Both the position numbers and the translations under genes were made by a program. From Eledone cirrhosa (Eukaryota), in the NCBI GenBank assembly GCA_964016885.1, contig OZ024741.1:78182001-78246000 (forward strand): a stretch of DNA of 64,000 nucleotides. Reading direction: 5' to 3'. Shown piece after piece: positions 39,836 to 53,900 of this stretch. The notes below the pieces were generated by a model, which saw only the letters and a list, made by a program, of their open reading frames with translations, made no database searches and was not told the DNA's origin. Position 1 is the first letter of the stretch; each line of letters opens with the position of its first letter.

Positions 39836-42800
39836 TGTTTAACGTTCGTTTTCCACGCTTGCATGAGTTAGATGGCTACAGAAATAAACTAGACAGTGGA
39901 AAAAATGCAACATGTCCAGACTGTCACACTGCATCCCACATGAGTCATCATTGCATGTAGGAATTTGCAGTATATATATATAAAATTAAAAGACAAATTT
40001 CATTGAATAGAATGGACACTGCTTCGGTCATTTCCTCGCTCACTCAATAAATAATCTCATTAAGTCTGTATTATTAAAATTCGAACCCAACCGATTAGAG
40101 TGTATGCATGTGCTAATCGGTGAGGAAGATGACTTCGTGTGGGTAAGAAAATTGAGATACCTGAACCGATGCACCAGTTTCTACGATTCCATTCTGCTGG
40201 TGGTGGTCCGAGTGGAACCACCATGTGCAGAAATTAGGTAATGTTATTATGCATTACATAATTTGGTGGGGAGCCACGTCATCAGCAGCAGTTCGCCTCC
40301 TTGTAATAGAAAGTTCTGTATGGTATGCTATTATGTCACATTGCTGGACAGAAGTGAATGTAGTAGTAGTAGCCACATCAAAGAAAAGATAAGCCAGACC
40401 TGACCATTTACAGAGAACACACGCTGGCATTGATTTAAATTTAAAAAATGACCATGCCAGAAGCACCAGGGTGCTTTCATATAGAAAACAAAGACAAGGT
40501 AGCAAACAATAGATAAATTGAACTAGAATAAATAAAGTGAGGAAGTTCAACTTACAATTTAAATGCAGTTTAGTCCCCTGGGAGTTAAAATATTAAAAGA
40601 CAAAGCCTATCAAATAGAATGGACACAGCCTTGGTCGTTTCCTCATTTACTCAATAATCAATTAAGTCCATATTATTAAAATGTGAACGCAACCAATTAG
40701 AGTGTACACATACATTAATCAGTGAGGAAGATGACTTCGTGTGGGTAGGAAAATTGAGATACCTGGACTGATATATACATATATATATTATACCTATTTA
40801 GGAGTGCTTAGGTTATACAAATTCACAATACTCAATAATGTATACAAACAGGAGAAAGTGTAGCAGAGAAAATGCTCTGAAACAAGATTCTAATAAACTA
40901 CCATTTGTAAACTTCATTTATCATCATTGTTTGCCCCATTAGCATTTACATTACTCTATATTTGCTATTGTATTTTCATGATAAAGGCTTTATATCACAT
41001 AATATCAAATCTATGAGATTTTGATGTTATTTATTTTGAGAACAATACCATAACATAAGTATGAGTGGCTGATTACAGCCAGTGTGAACAAAGAGATAAG
41101 AGAATTCTGGCCAAATATGGCTGGTTTAAATGCTAAAGGGTTAAACGTCTGCTTTCCCTGCTAGCAAGGGTTGGATGGGTCAATACTCAAGTGGGGCTAC
41201 TTACCTCCCAGACACGTCACGGTGGGGGGACTGTATGTTGCTTACGTACATGAGGTTTTTCATCATTTGTATTTTTCCTCACTTTCTGGTAGAAACACAT
41301 GTAAGATAACTAAAATGTCTTAACTTCTTCATCTTAGATATCTATCCATTATCTCTCTCTCACATATATATTGAATGTGCCAACACTTACTTCAACGGGA
41401 TTTCTTCAATTTTTATTTTTACCTGTTGTTAAATATCAACATCTATTGCCCAGTTTTGACCAGTGATGTTGTGTTTGTATTTTGATGCAGGTCCACCTAT
41501 GTCTCAGTTAGAAGAAATAGGACGTGCTCTACGGTGTATTGGTGATGAATTAGATGGAGATCAAAGACTGCAAGAGTAAGTCATTCACTTCAATGATCCC
41601 TTTCTCCTCCACTCTTTAGCTCTTTTTCTCTCTCCCTCTTTAGCTCTTTTTCTCTCTCTCTCACTTCTCTCTCTCCCCCCTTTCTCTAGCTATCTTTTCA
41701 CTCTGTCTTTTTCTGTAGCTTTCGCTCTCTTTGTCTTTAGGAGCATTCAAAATCAGAACATAAAATGCATAACTAAATACCACAAAGCATTTTGTCTCAT
41801 GTTCTAATGATTTTGTCAATCCACCATCCTCTATCAATAATAATTGTTTACTTTTAGCACAAGGCCAGCAATTATTCCTGTGCATTACTGGTGCTTTATT
41901 TTATCGACCCTGTAAGGATGAGAGGCTGGCAATGATGGCAGGAAAAGTTGATCTTGATGGAATTTGAAATCAATGTAAAGAGCCTGAACAGATGCCACAA
42001 AGCATTTTCTTTGATGCACTAACAATTCTGCCAATCTATCACCCTTAAATAATAATAATAATAATAATAATTGTTTCTACTTTTGGCATAAGGCCAGCAA
42101 TTACCCAGTGTATTACTGGTACTTTATTTTATTGACCCCCGTAAGGATGAAAGGCAATAATAATGATTTCTAACATAAGCACAAGGCTAGAAATTTGAGG
42201 GAGATAATAGTCAAATTGACTCCAGCACTTGACTGGAGGTGTGTTTCTTTTATCGACCCTGTATGAATCAAAAGTAGAGTTAAACCTAATAAAATTTGAA
42301 TTCAGAATGTAAAGTGCTGGAAGAAATACTGCAAGACATTTTGATTGATGTTTTGCCAGTTCTGTTATCCATTTCATTTCTTTATTGGCCACGCGGCCCA
42401 TACATACAAATGTGCTATACAAAAAGAGTTACAAAACACGGTAATGTGAATATATAAACAATTTCTCATGTGAGAAACTGTTACAGTATTGTAAAGTATT
42501 GATGGGAAGCTGATGATTCAGATAACGCTAAGTTCCTTTTTCTTGTTAGTCTATTCTCTCCATCTCTCCATCTTTCTCCACAAGTCCTGCTCCATTGTTC
42601 TCGTCCCCATTTTCCCCCTCTCTCTCTTTTCTCTTCTCTCTCTCTATAATCCTGTCATTTCTCATCTCATACTTTGACTATCTTTCTCCCTCTCTCTCCC
42701 TCCGTTCGATTTGTGGTTATATTTTAACCCCCAAATTTGTTACTATGCAAATAGTATCTAGCTGTTTATGGCTACCTTTTATGCTGAGAATACTCCAATT

Positions 42801-45800
42801 TTACGAATATTTAAAAACAATTTATTTTTTAAAATATGCTTGAAAATTTAATACTCAATAAGTAAGGGCACCCACTCAGAAAAGGATGAGAAGCAGACAC
42901 CAAGGTAGAATTAGACATCCCACAACTTTGGCCACCTTTGGGCGAATTAGGTAACCAAATTAAACTTGAGTTTGAGAGTAAACCATGAACTCTCACACAT
43001 TCTATGAGGAGTGGCTCATTTGCTAGATTTATTTTTAGAAAAATTTACCACTTTTCTGTTTATTGTTCTGGTGGGCTCTTAGAAAACTAGGTGTTGACGA
43101 ATGGCTTGTGAGAGCTATACAAGCCATGTATAAAGAAACAGTCAGCAAGGTTAGAATTAACAACGAATATAGTGAAGAGTTTAGCGTAAAAGTTGGTGTC
43201 CATCAGGGCTCTGTTCTTAGCCCCTCCTATTTATTATTGCCCTTCAGGCTATAACAGAGGAGTTCAAGACCGGCTGCCCATGGGAACTCCTATACGCAGA
43301 TGATCTAACGCTCATAGCTGAATCAATGGCCGAGCTAGAGAAGAAATTCCAAACATGGAAGCACGGCCTAGAATCAAAAGGCCTTAAAATTAACCTGGCT
43401 AAGACTAAAGTTCTAGTTTGTAGGAAAGAAAATAAGGCGCCGGTCCCTTCCGGGAAATGGCCATGCTCAGTGTGTAGGAAAGGCGTAGGTAGAAACTCCA
43501 TTTTATGTCCCAAATGCAAAATATGGGTGCATAAAAGATGTAGTGGGATCACAGGTAAGCTAACTAAGAACATAGATTTTACATGTGGCCGGTGCTCTGG
43601 TGCAATAAGTAGCAGCAAGTGCCCACAGAATACTAGCTCTTTCAATTGCGCAGAGGGTTCTATAGAAATAGGGGACAGCTTCCGTTACCTGGGCGACAAA
43701 ATCAGCAGTGGGGGAGGGTGCTCTGAAAGTACAGTAGCTAGAGTCAGAACTGGTTGGAAAAAGTTCAGAGAGCTTATACCACTATTAGCCGCTAAAGGGT
43801 TCTCCCTAAGAATGAAAGGCAGGTTGTATGATGCCTGCATACGAACAGCAATGTTGCATGGCAGTGAGACCTGGGCATTGTGTGCAGAAGATATACGCAG
43901 ACTAGAGAGGAACGAAGCATGCATGCTCCGCTGGATGTGTAATAGTAACATACGTGAACGGCAAAGCATAAGCGAACTAAGGAAAAAATTAGAAATAAGA
44001 GGGATCAGATGTTGTTTACTCGAGAGAAGGCTACGTTGGTATGGTCACGTGATGCGCATGAAAGACGACAGCTGTATAACAAAGTGCAGGGCAATAAAGA
44101 TAGACGGTAGCTACGGAGTAGGCAGACCCAGAAAAACCTGGGACGAGCTGATAAATTCTGACCTCACACACTTACACCTCTCCAAGACAATGTCACTGGA
44201 CCGAGACCTTTGGCGGTACTCAGTAATAGAGAAGACCCACCTTACCTAAATACAAAGTAAAACCTACTACAGCCAGTAGGCATCTCTAACAAAATAACCC
44301 CCCCCCCCCCCATCCACACCGCCCCTTCAATGTAAAGTTATGTTGGTGCCACAACATCCAGGCCGAAACAAATGAGATCGTGTAGACACAGTCCACGCTG
44401 TAATGTGGTCGTGTAGGCAACACAGTAAAAACCTCCCAGCCCCACACTGTAAATGTGGTTGGTGTTAGGAAGGGCATCCAGCTGTAGAAAACCTGCCAGA
44501 CAGTCCACGCTGTAATGTGGCCGTGTAGGCAACACGGTAAAAACCTCCCAGCCCCACACTGTAAATGTGGTTGGTGTTAGGAAGGGCATCCAGCTGTAGA
44601 AAACCCGCCAGATAGTCCTATGCGAGCAAGACAAACACTCTTGCCTCAAGTGGGAAAACCCCTGTCCAAACCCATGCAAGCGTGGAACACGGACGTTAAA
44701 CGTTGATGATGATGATGATGATGATGATGATTCTCCATCTTCACCTCAATCAATGCAATATTTCTCTTATTCTCCTCATGAGCATTCAGTTGTTTCATCA
44801 CGATATCAAACAACAGTGATTGGTCAGGTTTTTCTAGTGAGCCGACCGCTTGCTTTTAGTTTTGGTTCATGCTCTCTCTCTCGTCTCTGATATTTTTTCC
44901 AACCTAGGGCAAGGGGGTGAGTGTTCAAGTATTCCAAAATCGTTAAGCAGACCTTTGATTGAAGGCATTCCTGGTGTTACAATCCTGTTTTTTTTTTTTA
45001 TATATACAATGTACATCCAGGATCACATTAATCAATGTATTCTCCTTAAGGCAATAGAATGGGATAGGAAAGTGATTTGGCTCTCCTGACACACAAAGCT
45101 CCTTTCACTAGTTTGAAATGCTTCATTTGGTATTTGTAACTGATTTTTTAGATTTTAGATTTTTAAAATGTTTATATAATTATTCTATTATTTTATCTCT
45201 TTCACATGTTGTTTTCTTGAAAGATTTCTATAGAATAATCTAACCTAAATTAAATGTTATTTTTTCAAATTCAGTTTTGACATTCATTTTAGTAAATATT
45301 TGAAATGTATTTAAACCTTTTGATACCAAACCACCTGAAACAACTGGATTTATGATACAAAACTGCTCATTTAAAAATATCCTTATATTAAAACCATAAA
45401 ATTTTATTTTAGACATGTTTCTTAAGTAATCTTTTAAATATCAGCTTGTTAGCTTAATTATCTTATTTGATTCCTCCAAATGTTTGATTATTTTCAAAAT
45501 TAATTGAAACACATTGGCAGTGTATTTCATTAGAAATATGGTAGTGAAAGGGTTCAATGACTTTCAGAATAGTTTTTGGAGTGTACAATTTGTTAATCTT
45601 TTTACAATATTAATAGTTATAAGCTACAGATATAACTGATACATAAACACTACAAACTGAGTTGTTGCACAGTTTTTAAGAAAAGTATTTTAAATGACTC
45701 ATTACTCTTGTTCTCTTACAGATTGGTATCTAGGGTGGAGCCTGAAGATATTCCCAACACATTTGTTAATGTTGCCAATGCCATCGTCTCAGTTAACCTT

Positions 45801-48800
45801 ACTTGGGACATAGTGGTGCGGTTGTTTTACTTAGCCTACAAAATGGCCATCAAGGTGAGTTTTAACAACTGCTATTTTTCTAAACTAAGAATGTTCAGTT
45901 TGGCAGAGGGCGTAGTAAGTTTAGATTGCACAGATGCTAGAAAGACAAAATATGTTGTCAAATCAGTTATAAAATGAAGGCAATCAAGATATCAGGATAA
46001 TAGTCATGGGATTAAAGTATTCACTTAGACAAAAAGTACGCAGAAGCCTGTCATATAATCATCATCTTCATTTTACATCTATCTTTCCTGCTTGCATGGG
46101 TTAGATAGGATGTTACGTTCTGAAGCTAGACAAGTCAGATGACAGCGTCTCACTCTTATGTTTCACTTTTGGTTTGGTTTTTATAGCTGGATGCCTTTCC
46201 TATGCCAACTATTTCATGGTGTGTACTGTGTGTTTTATCATGGCACAGCCACCTGACAGGGTGGACAGCACACTACAACTTTACAGAGTGGGCTGGGTGC
46301 ATTTATCGTTGTACCAGCACTTCTATTTTACAGGCTGGAAGCATTTTATTCTGGCACTAGTGCTACCACTTTTCAATGCTAGTATGATTATTTAATTGTC
46401 AAAGTTCTTTTGTCACAAGTTCTGTGACCTTCTCGATAATGATTTTATATATAAATGCATGTATGTATATATATATATATATATATAAGTATTGGTGTAT
46501 ATATATAAGTATGTTATGTATATATATCATCATCATCATCGTTTAACGTCCATCTTCCACGCTAGCATGGGTCTGGACGGGAATTGTCCCACTTGAGGCA
46601 AGATTGGTTGTCTTGCTCAGGACTGTCTGGCGGGTTTTCTACGGTTGGATGCCCTTCCTAACACCAACCACGTTTACAGTGTGGACTGGGAGGTTTTTAC
46701 CGTGTTACCTACACGGCCACATTACAGCGTGGACCGTGTGTTTTTTTTGTCGTGACACCTACATGATCTCATTTATTTAGGACTGGATGTTGTGGTACCA
46801 ACATAGCTTTACATCGAAAGGGGTGGTGTAGATGGCGGTAGGGGTAGTGGGACGGGGGTGTATTTTGGTTAAGAGGTGCCTACTGACTGTAGGTTTTGCT
46901 TTGTACTCAGGCAAGGCGGGTCTTCTGTATTACTACATAGCGCCAAAGATCTCGGTCCAGTGACATTGTCTTGTAAGTGTGTGAGGTCGGATTTTATCAA
47001 GTCGTCCCAGGTTTTTCTGGGTCTGCCTACTCCGTAGCTACCGTCTATTTTGATCGCCCTGCACTATTTTATACAGCTGTCGTCTCTCATGCGCATCACG
47101 TGACCATACCAACGTAGTCTTCTCTCGAGTAAACAGCATCTGATCACTCTTATTCCTAATTTCTCACTTAGTTCATTTATGCTTTGCTGTTCGCGTATAT
47201 TACTATTACACATCCAACGGAGCATGCAAGCTTCGTTCCTCTCCAGTCTGTGTAGATCCTCTGCACACAAGGCCCATGTCTCACTGCCATGTAACATCGC
47301 TGTTCGTATGCAGGCATCATACAGCCTGCCTTTTATTTTTAGAGAGAAACCTTTAGCGGCCAATAGTGGTATAAGCTCTGAACTTTTTCCATCCCGTTCG
47401 GACTCTAGCTACAGTACTTTCGGAGCACCCTCCACCCCTGCTGATTTTGTCCCCTAGGTAACGGAAGGTGTCCATTATTTCTATAGAACCATCTGTGCAA
47501 TGGAATGAGCTAGTATTCTGTGGGCATTTGCTGCTACTTATTGCACCAGAGCACCGGCCACATATAAAATCTATATTCTTAGTTAACTTACCTGTAATCC
47601 CACTACATCTTTTATGCACCCATACTTTGCATTTGGGACATAAAATGGAGTTTCTGCCTACCCCTTTCCTACACACTGAGCATGGCCATTTCCCAGATGG
47701 GACCAGTGCCCTATTCTCCTTCCTACATATTAGGACTTTAGTCTTAGACAAGTTAACTTTAAGGCGTTTTGATTCTAGGCCATGCTTCCATGTTTGGAAT
47801 TTCTTCTCTAGTTCAGCCATTGATTCGGCTATGAGCGTTAGATCATCTGCGTATAGAAGTTCCCATGGGCAGCCGGTCTTGAACTCTTCCGTTGTAGCTT
47901 GGAGGGCGATAATAAATAGGAGGGGGCTAAGATCGGAGCCCTGATGAACACCAACTTTTACGCTAAACTCTTCACTATATTCGTTGTTAATTCTAACCTT
48001 GCTGACTGTTTCTTTATACATGGCTTGTATAGCTCTCACAAGCCATTCATCTACACCTAGTTTTCTAAGAGCCCACCAGATAATGGAGCGGGGGACTCTG
48101 TCAAAGGCTTTCTCCAGGTCTACATAAGCTAAGTAGAGGGGTTTACTTTTAGCTAGGTACTTCTTTTGTAGTTGTCGTACAATGAAAAGAGCATCTGTGG
48201 TACTTTTACCTGACACAAACCCGAACTGCATTTCATCTAGATCAATTCTCTCTCTGATTAGTTGCGCTATTACTTTTTCTGTGACCTTCATGACCTGGTC
48301 AATTAATTTAATGCCTCTATAGTTTCCCCTATCTAGGGCATGTCCTTTACCCTTGTAGCAGTTAATGATGATGCTGCTACACCAATCCTTTGGTACGACC
48401 CCATTCTGTATAACTTGGTTTACTATCCGGGTGACCATAGTGTGTCCCACCGTTCCAGAGGCTTTCAGCATTTCAGCAACTATTTCCGAAGGCCTAGCCG
48501 CCTTGCCCGTCTTCATATCTTTGATTGCCTTATTTATTATACTACCTTCAACTTGCACTGCTGGTCCCTCTATTGGATCGATGTGGGGGAGACTGTCTTT
48601 CTCCCATTTATTCTCCTCATTTAGTAGCCTTTCGTAGTGACACTTCCAAGCTATCTTCTTATCAGCGTCAATGAAGGCAAGTACACCATCATCATTATGG
48701 ACACACTTCTCCCCGACAATATCACGGTTCTCCTTGACACATTGTCTAGCAATCCTGAACACCTCACGTTTTTGGTCCTCGCGTTGTAGAACATCCTTGA

Positions 48801-50898
48801 ACTTTCTTTCCTCTGCTTCCCTTCTTGCGAAGTACACTTGTCTCCTAGCTTCCCTCCTGGCCACTTGATAGTCTTCTCTACTTCCCCCATCCCACCATAC
48901 TTTCCAAGCCTGCTTTTTGGCCTTGATCGACTCCTCCACCTTACTGTTCCACCACCAAGTTACTCTCCTCCTGCCTAAAGGTCTGCTCCAGCCACAGATT
49001 TCATCTGTTGCCTTCAGCAGGTTAGCTTTCAGGAATTCCCACTGTTCCTCTATATTGTACGACTCTAATTGCTCTTCCTTACTGTCAAAAGCATCAAGTA
49101 ATATGCTTTGAAATTTATTACTGGCTGTGGTGTCCTTTAATTTCCATATTTTTCTCCTAAGGATAGTCCTCCTCTGTTGTCGAATACGTCTTGTCCTGAC
49201 TATGAGGTCGCTAACTATGAGGCTATGTTGGGAGGTGCATTCTTCATGGGGGAGGGATTTAGTGTTTACAACAGACACTCTGTCTCGTCTTCTGGTAAGG
49301 ATATAATCTATCTGACTGGCATGTCCCCTGATCTATAGGTGATCAACTGATTGTCTTGTTTTTTGAAGTTTGTGTTACAAATAGTTAGATTATTTGCGTC
49401 ACAGAATTCTAGGATTCTGGACCCTTCCTCATTTCTAGTACCAAACCCATAGCCTCCATGGATTCCGTCATAGCCGTCACAGTGTTGTCCAACGTGACCA
49501 TTTAGGTCGCCAGCAATAATTATGTAGTCACTGTTGGTTATTTGGGAGGTAATGAGCATTAACGACTCATAGAATCTGTCTTTTATAACGCCAGGCAGTC
49601 CAGATTGGGGTGCGTAAGTGGATATTATTGTCACAGTAGTTCTATTGAGGACAAGTCTTATTTTAATTATTCTGTCGTTCACTCTATTTACGTCTATTAT
49701 CTTATCTACCCATTTTTCTGCTAGCATGATTCCTACCCCACCCAGCCCATTGTCATTTCCCACCCAGAAAAGCTTATAGCATCGTTTTTTTACCCACAAT
49801 GAATCTAGCAGACCCACCCCTCCAGCTGGTCTCTTGAATACAGCAAACATCAACCTCTTTACGCTCAAGCATCTCTACAACCTCGTTAGAGCGACCTTTT
49901 AAGGTACCTACATTCATGGTACCAACTCTGAAGTTTTGGATTGCGTTTGGTGGGTGGGAAGGACAGGGCGTAGGGAGGAGTGAGGGAGATGGGGCTATGT
50001 TAGCCGTCTGCGGCCTAAATAAAGAGGAGGAGTCCTTGCATTCTCGTCCGGCAGCATGAGGTGAATTTGTCTTTATCTTTGGCATTGTCACTGAGTGTCC
50101 AGATTTTTTTTTTTTTCCAGACTCCAGAATTCCGTAGTCCATCCATCATATTGAAAGGCAACCAGGTCTAAACTTAAGTGATAACATAGGCCGCTGACTT
50201 ATGATTGGTCCAAATAATAATAATGGTGGTGAGTGGGGGGCGGGGGGGGGGGGGGGATCTGGGGTACTTAGCGAGAAGGTTATAAAATAAAATCCACGAA
50301 ATTTTGGCCATAATCGAACGATCATATAACTGTAATAAGGGAAGAATTATGAGATTTTAAAATGCAAGAAGATTATTTTGAATGATCAGACAGAATTATC
50401 GAATAGCATTGAAAAAGAAAAGGTTGTATTCTGGACGATATGATACAGATAGATGGATGGACCAGGGAGCATGGAGAGACGAGAAAATAGGATTCGCACA
50501 TTACATTTGACAGAAGAGCGAGCGAGCGATGTAGCCAAAAATATGGGTCGACAAATTCTGAGTTTCGTACCCCGCAACAGTTTATTTTATGTTTGAAGAG
50601 AGAGGGGATGGGATTGAGAGAGAGCCAGCAGGCGTGTATACAATGTATGGGGGGGGGGGGGGAGAATAGTAGGGAGCAGGAAGGTTATTTTATAAAATCC
50701 TAGAATTTCGACCATATTTAAACGAGCGAGGAGGTTATTTTATAAAAATAAAAATCGAGAGAAGTTTATAGAATAAAATCCACGAATTTTTGGCCATAAT
50801 TGAACGAGCATATAACTAGGGTAGTTAGCGAGAAGGTTATAAAATAAAATCCACGAAATTTTGGCCATATATATATATGTGTGTGTGTGTAAATTTTG

Positions 50899-50943
<45 letters not shown>

Positions 50944-53900
50944 TTGTAAACAAGACCGTTGTTGCTCCAATTTTTTACCATCGATAACTACCCTAAATAT
51001 ACACTTACACTACACATCTATACACTATATGTATATATATATAGAACAAACACAAGCAATCATCGAATGCTCTATATGTAAACAATGCACTCAGAAAACG
51101 AAGCCAACAATAAACTATGCATCGTAAAAACCAAGCAATCATGAACTAAATATCTGTATTAGAACTAAGACACTCCCCATAATCCCTACCTCAGACATCA
51201 TCCATATATTCCAACTCCTAATCCACTCTAAATATAAGCATGGAGGAGACAGACCTTTTTCAAGCTGCAGCTGTCAAATTACACAGTTTCTGTATAAGAA
51301 TAGACATTAAACATCTATTATAACCTGCAGCAACTACAACCCCATTATGTAATAGGCCTTTCTTCACCTTGATGTGATATCACACATCAGGAGACTCAGG
51401 TTTCAAATGAACATAATATACATACTCGAATGCAAAACAATTAAGATTGAGGAAAAAAAAGAGTGAAGCGATTAAAGACGAAGAATAAAGAAAATATCCA
51501 AATTTATTAAGAAATAAGCGAAATGAATCCATGATGAAAAATATATATATATGACTTCAGAAAATATTATAACCAAAAGATGACACAACCGGTATAAATC
51601 TCAGTGTTATTATTAATATAAAATAACCATAATATATACACAATTAATATTAATTAAATATACAAGCATGATATATATATACAAGCATAAAATATTCCCC
51701 CACTTAATCAAAGAACAGCAAAATATATTAATGAAATAAGTCTTACCCATCCGTTTTGTCTTGTGGTTGCCAACAAAGTAAGAGAATCAGTACTTTGGCA
51801 CTATTCTCTGATGTCTTCAGTCAAGTAACGGTCAATCAAATACCAACAAAGGTTTATAAAATTTTATTACCCCTAAACAAAGTTAAATTCTATATAGGTC
51901 ATCATAGCATACTGTTTAAGGTTATATAGTTTCAATGTAAAATCATACACCATTTACTTTTACAAAACTTACAACCTCATGGAAAATATACTAAAATTTA
52001 CTTAGATCACAAGCAAATAAATAAAATTAAGAATAAATTAACATTAATTCAGACCATACCCTTTCCGAAGCAAACCAAAAACCAACCTTTCCTTTAAAAC
52101 AATTTTAATTTTTATTCTTCAATGAAAATAGAAGGCCGGATTCCAATGTATTCCTTTAATGTTTCACAATTACATAATACATATTTTTATAGCTGGTTTA
52201 CATCAGACAATGACGCAAGACAATCAGCAACGTCATCAGATGTAATGAATATAAAATATTTAAAAGGTTTAGTTCAGTAATCCCTACTGGGTTACAGCAA
52301 AATATAGACAAATAATTGATGCAATCACTTTGGTGGATGGCTGGTATTCACTGTCCTAACTTAAGCCTGAGTACTCACAGCAAAAGACAAAACAAAACAA
52401 TAATCAAACAACATTAGATAATGTAGTCATACATACCCCCAACATAGGTGGTAGTCGCTGTTGGAATGCTATTGGTTATAGGTTTGCTTGATCAGGTCTC
52501 ACTTAACTTTAAACAGTACAACTAAGACACTCTTTCCCTGCCCCCCTCCCTCTGTACATGTGTATATTTATGAAATTTCAACTATTTCATGTATTTAGCC
52601 CATCTTCATTTATGATTGGTGTTATCTATATGTATGTTTTTTGTAGTCAATCATAGATTTGTTCTAAAATACATAAAAACATGGACACTGTGAGTGTGTA
52701 CACACACACACATATAACATCATCATCATAATCATCATCATTTAATGTCCATCTGCCACGCTAGCATGGGTAGGACAGGCTGTCCCTTTGGGGGACCGTG
52801 ATTCGCTCACACAGAAACTGATTTTGGCTTGGTTTCTATGGCTTGATGCCCTTCCTAACATCAACCAAATTTACAGTATGTGCTGGGTGCTTTTTGTTGT
52901 GACACCTACACAATCATTTGACTGTGGAGTAGATGCTTTTTTTTTTTGTGACACCTACACGACCACTTTACAGTGTGGGCTGGGCGCTCGCTTTTGTCAT
53001 GACACCTACATATATATACAGAAACCTAATCTTTAGACATATATTATTATCCATTTCCTGTTTAGATAACATGTTTTGATAAAAACTCGTCACAGATGAT
53101 AGCCCCCCTTCACTTTTACTATCATAAATAGAAAAACTGTAATGCATGCATAAGCAGGCATACACGTACATGTTCACACCTCAAATGTTAAATCATATTT
53201 TTTTTTTTTTACATAAAAACGACACAGTATTTCATGCATAGCCTCAGTGATTGAAGTTCCTATCTGACTTTCCATGAGTACAAGCATAAGCTGAAGCATA
53301 TAGACAGTATGCCCTCCCACTGTAAAGAGGTTGTGTAAGTGTCACAACAAAAAAGCACCCAGTCCACACTGTAAAGTGGTCGTGCAGGTGCCACAATAAA
53401 AAGCATCCAGTACTCACTGTAAATGAGGTTGGTGTTAGGAAGGGCATCCAGCTGTAGAAATCAAGCCCAAATCAGTTCTGTATGAGCAAGACATGATCAC
53501 CTGACCTGGTATTGCCCACAACAGGACAGCTCGTCTAACCCATGCTAGTGTGGAAGAATAGCCATAAAACGGTGATGATGATGTCAGTTATAAGGTATTA
53601 TGGCAGTTATATTTGTCATCAACATCATTGTCATCCAAGCTTGCAGGCGTTAGGCTTGCTGTCACATGAGGCCAAACAAGTCTTGGTTATCTATGGTTGG
53701 ATGCCCTTCCTAAAGCCAACCACCTTACAGGATGAGTTGGATGCTTTTTGTCTTGACACCTATATAACCACCTTACAGAGTGAACTGGGTGCTTTTTGTC
53801 TTGACACCAGTATGACTACTTTACAGGTGGGACTATGTGGATTATATAAGGGGTCGGTTCCAATGAAGAGGGAACCAGTTGTTTGACCAACAGGACAACT

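Noticed and set aside
52190-52250. Possible minus-strand hammerhead (CTGATGA core)
   Set aside because: No correctly placed GAAA or stem III.
51000-52260. A-rich segment resembling decayed retroelement coding sequence
   Set aside because: No recognisable motif could be read. Left unclassified.
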